Origin: an uncultured Armatimonadetes bacterium
GTDB lineage: Bacteria; Armatimonadota; Hebobacteria; Hebobacterales; Hebobacteraceae
NCBI GenBank assembly: GCA_963716175.1
Contig: OY970296.1
Coordinates: 2,144,001 to 2,208,000, forward strand
Direction of reading: 5' to 3'
DNA: 64,000 bases
The notes below the pieces were generated by a model. That model searched no databases, was not told the DNA's origin, and was given only the letters and a program-made list of their open reading frames with translations. Every line of letters starts with the position of its first letter. Within the stretch, counting starts at the first letter, position 1. Of this stretch, positions 1-9,138 are shown in pieces. The position numbers and the translations under genes are program-made.

Positions 1-917
1 ACCACTACCTGGCCAAGGAGGCGGTGCAGAACCTGATGGTGTTCCGCTTCGCCAATGCCATCTTCGAGTCGCTGTGGAACCGGGACCGGGTGGACAGTGT
101 AGAGATCACAGTGGCGGAGTCCATCGGGGTAGAGGCCCGGGCCGGCTACTATGACCAGGCCGGGGCCTTGCGGGACATGGTGCAGAACCACCTCACGCAG
201 TTACTCGCGCTGACCGCGATGGAGATTCCGGCTGCGCTGGAACCGGGCATGATCCACGATGAGAAGGTGAAGGTGCTGCGATCAGTGGGCCCTATCGGCC
301 GCGACGACGTGGTCTTTGGCCAGTACCGCGCGGGCTCGATTGACAGTCACCAAGTGGCGGGGTACAGAGAAGAGGAGGGCATCGCCTCGGACTCTGAGAC
401 CGAGACTTTCGCGGCCCTGCGGCTGTACGTGAACAATTGGCGGTGGCAGGGCGTGCCCTTCTTCCTGCGTACCGGCAAGCGGCTGCCCTTCCGCACCACC
501 CAGATGGTGGTGGACTTCAGCTGTCCCGTGCTCGCCTGCTTCCAGCCCTTTTCCTGTGACATCAAGTGCAACCGGCTGGTGATGATCTTGGAGCCGGACG
601 CCGGCTTCGACTTGTGCTTCGAGGTGAAGGCGCCAGGGGAGCCCTTCACACTGAAGACCGAGCGGCTGCGGTTCCGTTACGAGGAGGTCTTCGGCCCGCT
701 GCCGGAGGCCTACGAGACCGTGCTGCTCGACATCGTGATGGGGGACCAGACTCTGTTCGTGCGCGTGGACGCGGTGGAGCAGGCCTGGGCCCTCTATACG
801 CCGCTGCTGGAGAACCGGCCGCCGGTGCATCCCTATGCAGCCGGAAGCTGGGGGCCGCCGGAGGTGGAGACGCTGCTGAGGGGAAGGGAATGGCATGTTG
901 CCCCCTGTGAAGACTGA
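1..917 (+). CDS. zwf: Glucose-6-phosphate 1-dehydrogenase (5' truncated by window edge)
   Basis: Frame opens HYLAKEAVQN (the RIDHYLGKE motif); GALRDMVQNHL, WQGVPFFLRTGKRL, Y..GSWGP motifs. Confidence 0.97.
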   Translation, partial: HYLAKEAVQNLMVFRFANAIFESLWNRDRVDSVEITVAESIGVEARAGYYDQAGALRDMVQNHLTQLLALTAMEIPAALEPGMIHDEKVKVLRSVGPIGRDDVVFGQYRAGSIDSHQVAGYREEEGIASDSETETFAALRLYVNNWRWQGVPFFLRTGKRLPFRTTQMVVDFSCPVLACFQPFSCDIKCNRLVMILEPDAGFDLCFEVKAPGEPFTLKTERLRFRYEEVFGPLPEAYETVLLDIVMGDQTLFVRVDAVEQAWALYTPLLENRPPVHPYAAGSWGPPEVETLLRGREWHVAPCED

Positions 918-1647
918 CCTCCGCGTCCACCCGGACCTGGAGGGATTGAGCCGCGCCGTGGCCGAGAGCCTGGCGACGCTTGCGGTGGGCACCATCTCCG
1001 GCCGGGGAGGATTCTCCATCGCGCTCTCGGGAGGGCACACCCCGCGCCGGCTGTACCAACTGCTGGCCACCGAATACGCGGGCCGCATCTCCTGGCCCCG
1101 GGTCGAGATATTCTGGGGCGACGAGCGCTACCTGCCGCACACCGATCCCCGCAGCGACTACCGCATGGCCAGGGATGCTTTGCTCGCCCATGTGCCGATC
1201 CCGGGCGAGAACGTTCACCCCATGCCCACGGACTCTGCCGACCCCGAGGAGGCCGCGCAGGCCTATGAGCGACTGCTGCGCGCCCACTTCCCCTACCCCT
1301 GGCCGCGCTTCGACCTGGTGCTGCTGGGCCTGGGAGCGGAGGGGCACACGGCCTCGCTCTTTCCCCGTTCGCCCGCGCTGCTGGAACAGGCCCGTTGGGT
1401 GGTGGCGACCGAGGCGCCGGTGGAGCCCAAGCAGCGCCTCACCCTCACCCTGCCCGCCATCAACCACGCCGCCCACATCTGGTTCCTGGTGGCCGGCGCA
1501 GAGAAGGCCGAAGCGCTGAAGTGCGCCCTGGCGGAAGACGCGAGCCCTATGGGTTGCCCCGCGGCGGGGGTGAGGCCGGAGGGAGGCGAACTGGTGTGGT
1601 GGGTGGATGAGCGGGCAAGAAGGTCTGTGGCCAAGCGCGCAGTATGA
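895..1647 (+). CDS. pgl: 6-phosphogluconolactonase
   Basis: ALSGGHTP, FWGDERY, DLVLLGLGAEGHTASLFP, RLTLTLP motifs; overlaps the end of zwf. Confidence 0.95.
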   Translation: MLPPVKTDLRVHPDLEGLSRAVAESLATLAVGTISGRGGFSIALSGGHTPRRLYQLLATEYAGRISWPRVEIFWGDERYLPHTDPRSDYRMARDALLAHVPIPGENVHPMPTDSADPEEAAQAYERLLRAHFPYPWPRFDLVLLGLGAEGHTASLFPRSPALLEQARWVVATEAPVEPKQRLTLTLPAINHAAHIWFLVAGAEKAEALKCALAEDASPMGCPAAGVRPEGGELVWWVDERARRSVAKRAV

Positions 1648-1692
1648 GTCATCATGAATATAGCGAGGCATGAAGTGGTATCTGAAACGACA

Positions 1693-2427
1693 ATGGGACG
1701 CAAGTACAGCAAATCGCCGATAATCGAAGCGGTTTGCGAGTTCCGTTTCGAACCGGGAGAGTGGAATGGCACCATCTTCGGCCTCGTCTGGGAAGAGGTC
1801 AGAATACCTTTTCCTAAACGCCAGGACGTCCAGCAGTTTGACTTCCAGGTCGTGCCTATGCCCCAAGGCGCTCAGCAACGCGTCTTCCAGCAGCCGGGCA
1901 CCAAGTACCTGAGGGAAGATGAAAAGCTTTCTATGCTGGTCGGGCCGGCCGTAATGAACGTGAGTCACCTAGCACCATATTCATCATGGGGGGAATTCAA
2001 GCCGCTCATATCACTGGCTTTCAGAGCGTACGTTACAAAGGCAGAGCCGAAATCACTGCGCCGCATTGGACTTCGGTACATCAACAGAGTGGAGTTGCCC
2101 GGGGAGAAGGTGAAACTCGAGGATTACCTGCAGTTCCACCCGTTCCTGGGGCCGACTCTGCCTGAAGATCATGCCTCCTTCATCGTCGGAGTGGAGTTTC
2201 CCTACGAGCAGAACCGTGATGTCCTGCGACTGCAACTCGCGAGCGTGCCACCTGAGAAGGAGGCACATGTGGCTCTCATGCTAGACCTGGACTACTTCAC
2301 GCTGGTCCCGAACTCGGTGCCGCTCGCCGAGGATCAAGTGAGTAGGTGGCTGGAGCTTGCCCATTCGCGGGTTGAGGAAGTCTTCGAGGCTTGCATAAAG
2401 GACTCTCTTCGCGCCAGGTTCGGCTGA
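1693..2427 (+). CDS. TIGR04255-family uncharacterised protein (alternative start 1654)
   Basis: N-terminal Y..SPIIEAVCEFRF, central RRIGLRYINR, C-terminal LDLDY...LE.AH....EVFE pattern typical of this family; lower GC than flanks. Confidence 0.8.
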   Translation: MGRKYSKSPIIEAVCEFRFEPGEWNGTIFGLVWEEVRIPFPKRQDVQQFDFQVVPMPQGAQQRVFQQPGTKYLREDEKLSMLVGPAVMNVSHLAPYSSWGEFKPLISLAFRAYVTKAEPKSLRRIGLRYINRVELPGEKVKLEDYLQFHPFLGPTLPEDHASFIVGVEFPYEQNRDVLRLQLASVPPEKEAHVALMLDLDYFTLVPNSVPLAEDQVSRWLELAHSRVEEVFEACIKDSLRARFG

Positions 2428-2440
2428 GAAGGGTGAAAGC

Positions 2441-2917
2441 GTGCTAGTCCAGACGTGGGACAACCTACGGGAGGCTCAGTGGTCCATATCTGCCAACCGC
2501 CCATCGGAGGCGACGCGTGTACAGCCAGCGTCGGGAAGCGAAGCCGGTGACGCCGGGTGGAGAGTCTGGAGCAAAGACCTGGAACGGCAGATCAAATGGC
2601 CGGTAGTGGAGAGACTTTACGACGTCGCAGATCCTGCCAGGGTCTGCACCTTCACCTTTGAGAAACCCTACGTCCTCGAACTTCTGCTAGACGCGTATGC
2701 CCGACTGTGCGCTCTGTTTGGGGAGACGTCCACAATCCGACTGGACTTCAACGTAGACCCGGAAATCCCAGGACGGCGCTACCTGGCTGTGCGAGTGCTG
2801 ACAGTGTTCTCGGTAGATGAGGCCATTGAGCGCATGGATCATTTCGACGAAGTGTGGTGGCTGGACCGCATCGGCAGGGCGGGCAGAGACCTGCTCTTCG
2901 CATTGGAGTTCATCTGA
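2441..2917 (+). CDS. Hypothetical protein, putative antitoxin/partner of the downstream HEPN protein
   Basis: 158-aa ORF whose TGA abuts the GTG of the HEPN gene; C-terminal ~100 aa look alpha/beta with DPE and FDEVWWLD motifs. Confidence 0.6.
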   Translation: MLVQTWDNLREAQWSISANRPSEATRVQPASGSEAGDAGWRVWSKDLERQIKWPVVERLYDVADPARVCTFTFEKPYVLELLLDAYARLCALFGETSTIRLDFNVDPEIPGRRYLAVRVLTVFSVDEAIERMDHFDEVWWLDRIGRAGRDLLFALEFI

Positions 2918-3316
2918 GTGTTCGACTGGGCAGACTACCTCGCCTTGGCGCGGGAGATGGTCAACACCGGCGAACCCTCAGGTGCTCCGGCGGAGTCAAG
3001 GCTGCGCTGTGCGGTGAGCAGAGCTTACTACGCAGCTCTCGGGAGAGCGGCCGCTTACCTGACCTATGAGGTGGGAGAGGTACTCCCGCCAGAGACATTT
3101 CACGAGACCGTGATACGCTCCTTCACCGATAGCGAGCAACCGGGCTGGGAAGCCGTCGGGGCGAAGCTCGACCGGCTTCGCGACTATCGCAAGGGAGCAG
3201 ACTACGAATCGGAAATCAAGAACTGGTCTGCCAAAGCGGAGGAATCGCTTAAGCTCAGCAGCAAGGCGATTAGCTCTCTAGAGAATCTGTTCGGCGGCCC
3301 TCCCCAGTTCCACTAG
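2918..3316 (+). CDS. HEPN domain protein (UPF0332/COG1895-like)
   Basis: FDW.DYL.LA, R.AVSRAYYA, H..V, LR..R..ADY motifs; 132 aa, helical. Confidence 0.85.
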   Translation: MFDWADYLALAREMVNTGEPSGAPAESRLRCAVSRAYYAALGRAAAYLTYEVGEVLPPETFHETVIRSFTDSEQPGWEAVGAKLDRLRDYRKGADYESEIKNWSAKAEESLKLSSKAISSLENLFGGPPQFH

Positions 3317-3340
3317 CCCCCATTCTCCGTGCTCTGCCTC

Positions 3341-4409
3341 CTATCCCCTCTTCGCCGCTCTCTTCACCCCCTCGATATACTCTTGCGTCACCTGCCTCTC
3401 GAAGCTGCGGAAGCCAGCGAGCTTGAAGCCGTGCTTCTGGGCGAGGGCGGCGATCTCTTTCACCTTATCCAGGGATAGGTCGCGGCCGAGGCTGAAGCTC
3501 TCGTATCGCTCCTCCAGCGCGAGGATCATGGTCTCGGCCATGCAGGCATAGGCGGTCCGGGGCGGGAAGCCGAAGTTGAGGTTGAATTGCACATCGCCCG
3601 GCACCTCCACCGCGCCCTCCCTCGATCACCAGCACGTCGGGCCGCTTCCGAACCACCTCTCGTGAGACGTCGCGGGGGCGAGCCACATCGCATACCACTG
3701 CGCCCGGCTTCAGCACCTCGATGGGCACCACCGTGTCCACTGCGCTGGTGACCGCGATGACGATGTCGGCGTCGCGCAGGCCGGCGGCGGCATCCGTGGT
3801 GTAGCTGATCGTCGCCCTGCCATCAACGCTGGCGGCCAACTGCGCCAGTCTTTCTTGGTTCCGGCCGATGAGCACGACCGCGGGCACCTGCTCCGCCATC
3901 ATCCGCACGCACACCTGGCCGATGGAGCCGGTGGCCCCCATCACCGCGACCCGGGCCTGGGAGGGGTCAGCGCCCATCAGCTCCGCGGCGCGGCGCGCTC
4001 CTTCCACCGCGGTCCACACCGTGTAGCTGTTGCCGGTGGTCACCGCGATGTCCACGTTCTTGGCGACGGTGATTCCCGCGTCTCCCACCACCGAGGTCAT
4101 GGCGCCCAGCCCGACGACCTTCGCGCCCAGCTCCTGCGCCACCTGGGCGGCGCGGATGATCCTGCCCAGCACGAACTCTATGGGCAGCTCCAGAAACTGC
4201 CGCGGCGTCAGCGGGCAGCCCACGAACCAGCCGCGCGCCTCGGCGCCGGTAAGGCTACGCACGCCGTTGATCTCCGACACCCGCTTGGGGGACATGCGCT
4301 TGAGCAGCCACGCGAGGGCCGGCTCCGGGAGCAGCGCAAGGGCCGGATACTTCCTCGCCGCGTCCTTGGCGCTGCTCACAGGATGGATGATGAAAGCAAA
4401 TTCGCCCAT
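3341..4409 (-). CDS. COG5322-like / acyl-ACP reductase-like NAD(P)-binding protein, split by a +1 frameshift near 3615
   Basis: FAFIIHP, GLGA, TTGNSYT, GATGSIG, DVARPRD in ORF 3465-4409; EVPG...AYACMAETMIL...HGF in ORF 3341-3610; removing one G restores VIEGGAVEVPG. Confidence 0.8.
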
Positions 4410-4434
4410 GATTCCCTTGATGCGTCACAAGCCA

Positions 4435-4512
4435 ACCGCAGAGACGCGGAGGGCGCAGGGAGCTGCGAACCCCGTCTACTCTTCTCCTCTGCGCTCTCTG
4501 CGCCTCTGCGGT
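4435..4512. repeat. Inverted pair of 9-bp-periodic (GCAGAG) repeats
   Basis: ACCGCAGAGACGCGGAGGGCGCAGGG (4435-4460) vs reverse complement of 4486-4512, ACCGCAGAGGCGCAGAGAGCGCAGAGG. Confidence 0.75.
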
Positions 4513-4658
4513 CGCCCCTTATCCCATCTGGCGGGCGTAGGTCACTGGGCCTGAAGGCCGGGATGTCCCTAGGCCCGATAGGGCCGGGATGGCGGCCGGC
4601 TCTGCCGGCCTAGCCAGCGGTCGCCCACTGGCGACCTAGCCACATACCCGCCCTGCAC

Positions 4659-5558
4659 CTACAGGTCCGTCACCCCCGGCTTCCAGTTGATCTGTTCAGC
4701 CAGCGCCAGATAGTCGCCTTCGGTCAGCTCCTCGGGCTGCTTCGCGGAGAGCGCGACCAACACGCCCTCCATCACATTGGCGCCGAAGCTCTCGCCGGCG
4801 ATAGAGGGGGTGAGCGTGATGAGGCGGGCCACGCCTCGCTTACGCAGCTCCTCCACATCGCGGCTACGGGTGGTGTTCGTCACCACCACTTTCCCCCGTA
4901 GATTCTCAGGCATGTAGCGGCGGATGAAGACGAAGTCGCCGGCGATGATGTCGGCCTCTTCGAAGTAACGGGGATACTTGGTTTTCACGCTCTCCTGCTG
5001 CCCACCAGTCGGATACAGCATGGACATGGGCAGCCGCCGCAGCAAAGGCAGGAAGAGGAAGGCGAGCACCGCGACCTGGCGCAGAGTGCGCAGCGGCACC
5101 GGCACCCCCACCGCATAGAGCAAGTCGCCGTAGACTACCTTCGCCCCAAGCGCGGGGAAGGTCTCAGCCATGCCGGGCCGGTCCACTCCAGACATCAGCA
5201 GCACCCGCTTCCCCGCGACCTCCAGCGCGCCCTGTTCAACCAGTTGCCTGAGCAGCACCGGCTCCAGAATCCGCTTGATTCCTCCCCCATCAACCACCGG
5301 TGTCGTCTTGGCGCCCCGCGCCATCCTGGCAGCGTCGCGCAGCTCGTACCTCCGCCCTCCCGCGACCAAGTAGCGGTCCACGCCCCCCAGGCCGATGGCG
5401 TCAACCTTGCCATCGTAGTGCGCGATCAGCTTCGCGGCCCGTGCGACATCCCCGTCCGTTCCCACTCGCTCCAGCCGGAATGGCGTCCCGGCAAGCGTCA
5501 TCTCGACGCACTTGTTCCGCTGCGAGGAGCCGAGGCTCACGCTGACCACGTGCTTCAC
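4659..5558 (-). CDS. Conserved protein often auto-annotated as 'quinate 5-dehydrogenase'; partner of the COG5322-like gene
   Basis: VVSVSLGSS.R, ERVGTDGD, DAIGLGG, PVVDG.G.K, LYPTG, FGANVMEG; GTGA overlap with the dusB stop. Confidence 0.7.
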   Translation of the reverse strand: MKHVVSVSLGSSQRNKCVEMTLAGTPFRLERVGTDGDVARAAKLIAHYDGKVDAIGLGGVDRYLVAGGRRYELRDAARMARGAKTTPVVDGGGIKRILEPVLLRQLVEQGALEVAGKRVLLMSGVDRPGMAETFPALGAKVVYGDLLYAVGVPVPLRTLRQVAVLAFLFLPLLRRLPMSMLYPTGGQQESVKTKYPRYFEEADIIAGDFVFIRRYMPENLRGKVVVTNTTRSRDVEELRKRGVARLITLTPSIAGESFGANVMEGVLVALSAKQPEELTEGDYLALAEQINWKPGVTDL

Positions 5559-6565
5559 TTCTTCACTCCCCCGGACACCCTCTGTCCCGCGCCCGCCGCC
5601 TCCACTGCATGCCCGGCCTCTTCCAGAACCGCGAGCAGGTCGCCCTGGCTCCTGGCCTGGTTGGCGCGATTGCGCAGGGCCGCGGCATTGGGCAGACCTT
5701 TGAGATACCAGGCGAAGTGTTTCCTCATCATCCGCACCCCCATCATCTCGCCGCGATCCGCGACCACCAGGCCGAGATGACGGGCCACCGTCGCCAGACG
5801 CTCCTGGGCCGAAGGAGCCGCAGGCGGCGCCTCGCCGCGGAGGGCTGCGCCGACTTGAGTGAAGATGCGCGGATTGCCGAGCGCGGCGCGGCCGATCATC
5901 ACCGCGTCACAGCCAGTCTCTCGCATCATGCGAACCGCATCAGCCGCGCTATGGACGTCACCATTGCCGATCACCGGGACCGCGACGACCTGCTTCACCT
6001 GCGCGATCACTGACCAGTCGGCCGTCCCGCGAAGGCCCTGGGTCGCCCAACGGGGATGAACGGCCACCACTGCCGCGCCCGCATCTTCACAGCGCCGCGC
6101 CAACGCGATCGCGTCTTCGCCGCGATCGCGCCAGCCGCGGCGCAGCTTCACACCTACAGGCAGCTCGCCGACCACCGCCACCACCGCCCGTACCATCGCC
6201 TCGGCCCGCTCTGGCTCGGCCATCAGAGTCACACCTGCTCGCGCCTTCATCACTTTGGGCACCGCACAGCCCATGTTGATGTCCACCATATCTGCGCCCC
6301 GGTCCACGGCGATAGCGGCGGCCGCGGCCACCACCTCGGGATCACTGCCGAAGACCTGGGCCGAGACGGGGTGATCATCGGCCGGAAAGTGGAGCAGACC
6401 TTTCGTCTTCCCACTCTGATAGCGGAGAGCATTGGCGCTGATCAGGCCGGTGGACGCCAGGGCCACGCCCGCCTCCCTGCAGATCCGCCGGAAGGAGAGA
6501 TCGGTAACGCCCGACATGGGGGCAAGCGCCACCGGAGGGTCCACCCAGAGGTCGCGGACGCGCAT
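5555..6565 (-). CDS. dusB: tRNA dihydrouridine synthase B
   Basis: LAPMSGVTD, DINMGC, VHPR, VIGNGDV, VMIGRAALGNP, MRKHFAWY. Confidence 0.92.
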   Translation of the reverse strand: MRVRDLWVDPPVALAPMSGVTDLSFRRICREAGVALASTGLISANALRYQSGKTKGLLHFPADDHPVSAQVFGSDPEVVAAAAAIAVDRGADMVDINMGCAVPKVMKARAGVTLMAEPERAEAMVRAVVAVVGELPVGVKLRRGWRDRGEDAIALARRCEDAGAAVVAVHPRWATQGLRGTADWSVIAQVKQVVAVPVIGNGDVHSAADAVRMMRETGCDAVMIGRAALGNPRIFTQVGAALRGEAPPAAPSAQERLATVARHLGLVVADRGEMMGVRMMRKHFAWYLKGLPNAAALRNRANQARSQGDLLAVLEEAGHAVEAAGAGQRVSGGVKK

Positions 6566-7329
6566 CAGGCTTCTCCGCGGTTGTACTCGTAGATCGCACC
6601 GACACCCTCGAGCACCAGGCTCGGGACTACCTCATGCTCAACCTGGAGGTGGGGCGAGATCAGCTTGGCCTGGCCGCCGGTCAGCACCACCGGCGCGGTT
6701 CTGGCCACGACCGCGCGCAGGCGGGCCGCCAACCCCTCCACCAGCGCGGCCGCGCCCAGCACGGCGCCGACCCGCAGGCAAGCCTCGGTGTCACGACCAA
6801 TCACTGACGAGCCAGGGCTGGGAGAAACCCGGGGCAGCGCGGCAGTTCTCTCTGCCAGCGCAACCAGCCCGGTCTCCACTCCGACCGCAATGGCGCCCCC
6901 GAGGAACTCGCCGCCGGCCGACACCGCATCCACCACCGTAGCCGTGCCCAAGCTGACCACGATCGCCGGCGCGCCCACCCGCCGCACGGCGCCGACGGCC
7001 GCCGCCAGCCTGTCCGGGCCCAGCTGTCTCGGCTGGCGATAGCGGTTCACGAGCGAGGTAGATGTACTGCCGTGGATCGCGAACAAGGGGACCCTGCGCT
7101 GCAGGCACCACTTGGACCAGGTCACCTCAGCTTGCGGGACGACCGAGGAGAGCGCGATCTGGAGTTGCCGGCGGCCCGCCTGCGCGACCATCTTGCCCAC
7201 CAGCCTGGACACAGTCGAACCGTATGTTCTCCGGGTGGAGCAGGTCTGGACTGCGCGGACGCGGCCGGCGTTCCACAAGCCCACGCTGGTAGTTGTGTTG
7301 CCGACATCCACCACCAGGAGATGGGTCAC
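6565..7329 (-). CDS. coaX: Type III pantothenate kinase
   Basis: VDVGNT, SSVVP, LGPDR, LGTAT, GGAI, TGG motifs. Confidence 0.92.
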   Translation of the reverse strand: MTHLLVVDVGNTTTSVGLWNAGRVRAVQTCSTRRTYGSTVSRLVGKMVAQAGRRQLQIALSSVVPQAEVTWSKWCLQRRVPLFAIHGSTSTSLVNRYRQPRQLGPDRLAAAVGAVRRVGAPAIVVSLGTATVVDAVSAGGEFLGGAIAVGVETGLVALAERTAALPRVSPSPGSSVIGRDTEACLRVGAVLGAAALVEGLAARLRAVVARTAPVVLTGGQAKLISPHLQVEHEVVPSLVLEGVGAIYEYNRGEA

Positions 7330-7628
7330 GACCCGCCCTCGGGCCTGGCTGCGGCGTACAGCTCCAAACCCTTGGAGGCCAGCAGGGAGCTGACGTAGGC
7401 CATCACCAGCAGGAAGATCGCCCGCACCGCGGCGGTCAGCAACATCATGCCTAGTCCTTGCACCCCGGCCTGCGAGTTGGCCAGCAGCCGCGGCAACTGG
7501 CTGAAAGTGACCGCGGCCAGCGCGAAGACCACGCCCAACAAGACGACGCCAATGACGAAAATCACCACCCCCAACCCGCGGGCAACGCGGTTGCCTCTCG
7601 ATCTTTGAGCTTCCACGCTCACCTCCAT
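7326..7628 (-). CDS. Small two-TM membrane protein (~100 aa)
   Basis: C-terminal end of ORF 7326-8696 with two hydrophobic helices; stop overlaps the coaX start. Confidence 0.6.
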   Translation of the reverse strand: MEVSVEAQRSRGNRVARGLGVVIFVIGVVLLGVVFALAAVTFSQLPRLLANSQAGVQGLGMMLLTAAVRAIFLLVMAYVSSLLASKGLELYAAARPEGGS

Positions 7629-7832
7629 CTGGGCCGCCCTGATTCTAGCAAATCCACCTCCCGCTCGCAACGCTCCCCGGCGCCTGCCGTGTCGTCGGGA
7701 GGAGCGAACCAGGGGGGGAATGGTCCACATCCTCCTCCGAACTGACCGCACCAGTGCTCTGGTGCCCCGGGGCAGGACTTGCCGGACACGGCGCCGAAGC
7801 GGCGAACATCCCAATCCAGAGGTGAGTCGAGG

Positions 7833-9119
7833 ATGCCACGCAAGGTCGTCTTCATCGGAGGCGGGAGCTTCAACTGGGGTCCGGAGATCATCCGTGATTT
7901 CATCGTCACCCCGGAGTTGCAGGATGGCACTCTGGTGCTCCAAGACATAAACCATGAGGCCGCTATGACCAACCTGGCGATCGCCGAGCAGGTCAAGGCG
8001 AAGGCGGGGTCGGGCCTGAAGATCGAGGTGGTGGACGAGCGGCGAGCCGCGCTGGAGGGGGCGGACTACGTGGTGCTGGCGATCTCGACCGGGGGTCTGG
8101 AGGCCTGGCGACTCGACATGGAGATACCGGACAAGTACGGATGCCGCCAGACCATTGCCGACACGGTGGGGCCGGGCGGCTACAGCCGCGCCCTGCGCAA
8201 CATCCCGGTGATCCTTGCCATCGCCCGCGATATGGAGGAGGTGTGCCCTCAGGCCTGGCTGCTGAACGTGACCAACCCGATGACCACGCTGACCCGGGCG
8301 GTGTGGAAGGAGACGAGCATTCGCTGCATCGGGCTGTGCCACGAGGTTTACGGTCTGCTGGATCGGTTGGAGCGGACGTTCGGGGTCAACAGGGATGAGA
8401 TGTCGTTCAACTCGGCCGGCATCAACCACTGTAGCTGGATTCTGGAGCTGAGGATCAAGGGAGAAGACGGCCTGGCGATGCTGCGGGAGCACTGGAGGAA
8501 GAGCCCGCCGAAGGACAAGGTGGCCCCCATGCTGTTTGAGATATTCGGCTATGTGCCAGTGATCAATGGCCGCCATCTGTGTGAGTTCTTCCCACACTTC
8601 CTGACGCCGGAGTCGGGCTACGGGGAGAAGTACGGCTTTCTGGATCAGATGGTAACAGTGAAGGATCGTCTCGCCTCTATGGCGCGGGGGCGCCAACGCT
8701 GGCTGGAGATGCGGGAGGGCAAGCGGCTGCCGGATCTCGAGCGCGGCGGCGAGCCCATCGTGCCCATCATCGTGGCGATGGAGACGCGCCAGCCAGTGAG
8801 CTTCATCGCCAACTGGCCCAATATCGGCCAGATCGCCAATCTGCCGGCCGACGCGGTGGTGGAGACACGAGCGTTAGCAGACGAGCGGGGGGTGACGCTC
8901 ATGACCGCGGGCGCCCTGCCCGAGCCGATTCGCGCGGCCCTGGCGCGGCATGTCTCCAACCAGGAGCTGATCGTGGAGGCTGCGGTCGAAGGCGATCGGA
9001 AGAAGGCGCTGCAGGTCCTCTTCAATGACCCGCTCGTGAAGAGCGCCGAGGGCGCGGAGGCGATGCTGGATGAACTGCTGAAGGCCCACGCGCAGTACCT
9101 GCCGCAGTTCATCGGGTAG
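7833..9119 (+). CDS. Glycoside hydrolase family 4 (NAD+/Mn-dependent alpha-galactosidase/glucosidase)
   Basis: KVVFIGGGS, DT.GPGG..R.LR.IP, LLNVTNPM, GLCHE, AGINH. Confidence 0.92.
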   Translation: MPRKVVFIGGGSFNWGPEIIRDFIVTPELQDGTLVLQDINHEAAMTNLAIAEQVKAKAGSGLKIEVVDERRAALEGADYVVLAISTGGLEAWRLDMEIPDKYGCRQTIADTVGPGGYSRALRNIPVILAIARDMEEVCPQAWLLNVTNPMTTLTRAVWKETSIRCIGLCHEVYGLLDRLERTFGVNRDEMSFNSAGINHCSWILELRIKGEDGLAMLREHWRKSPPKDKVAPMLFEIFGYVPVINGRHLCEFFPHFLTPESGYGEKYGFLDQMVTVKDRLASMARGRQRWLEMREGKRLPDLERGGEPIVPIIVAMETRQPVSFIANWPNIGQIANLPADAVVETRALADERGVTLMTAGALPEPIRAALARHVSNQELIVEAAVEGDRKKALQVLFNDPLVKSAEGAEAMLDELLKAHAQYLPQFIG

Positions 9120-9138
9120 CCGGGGAGCCAGGAGCAGC

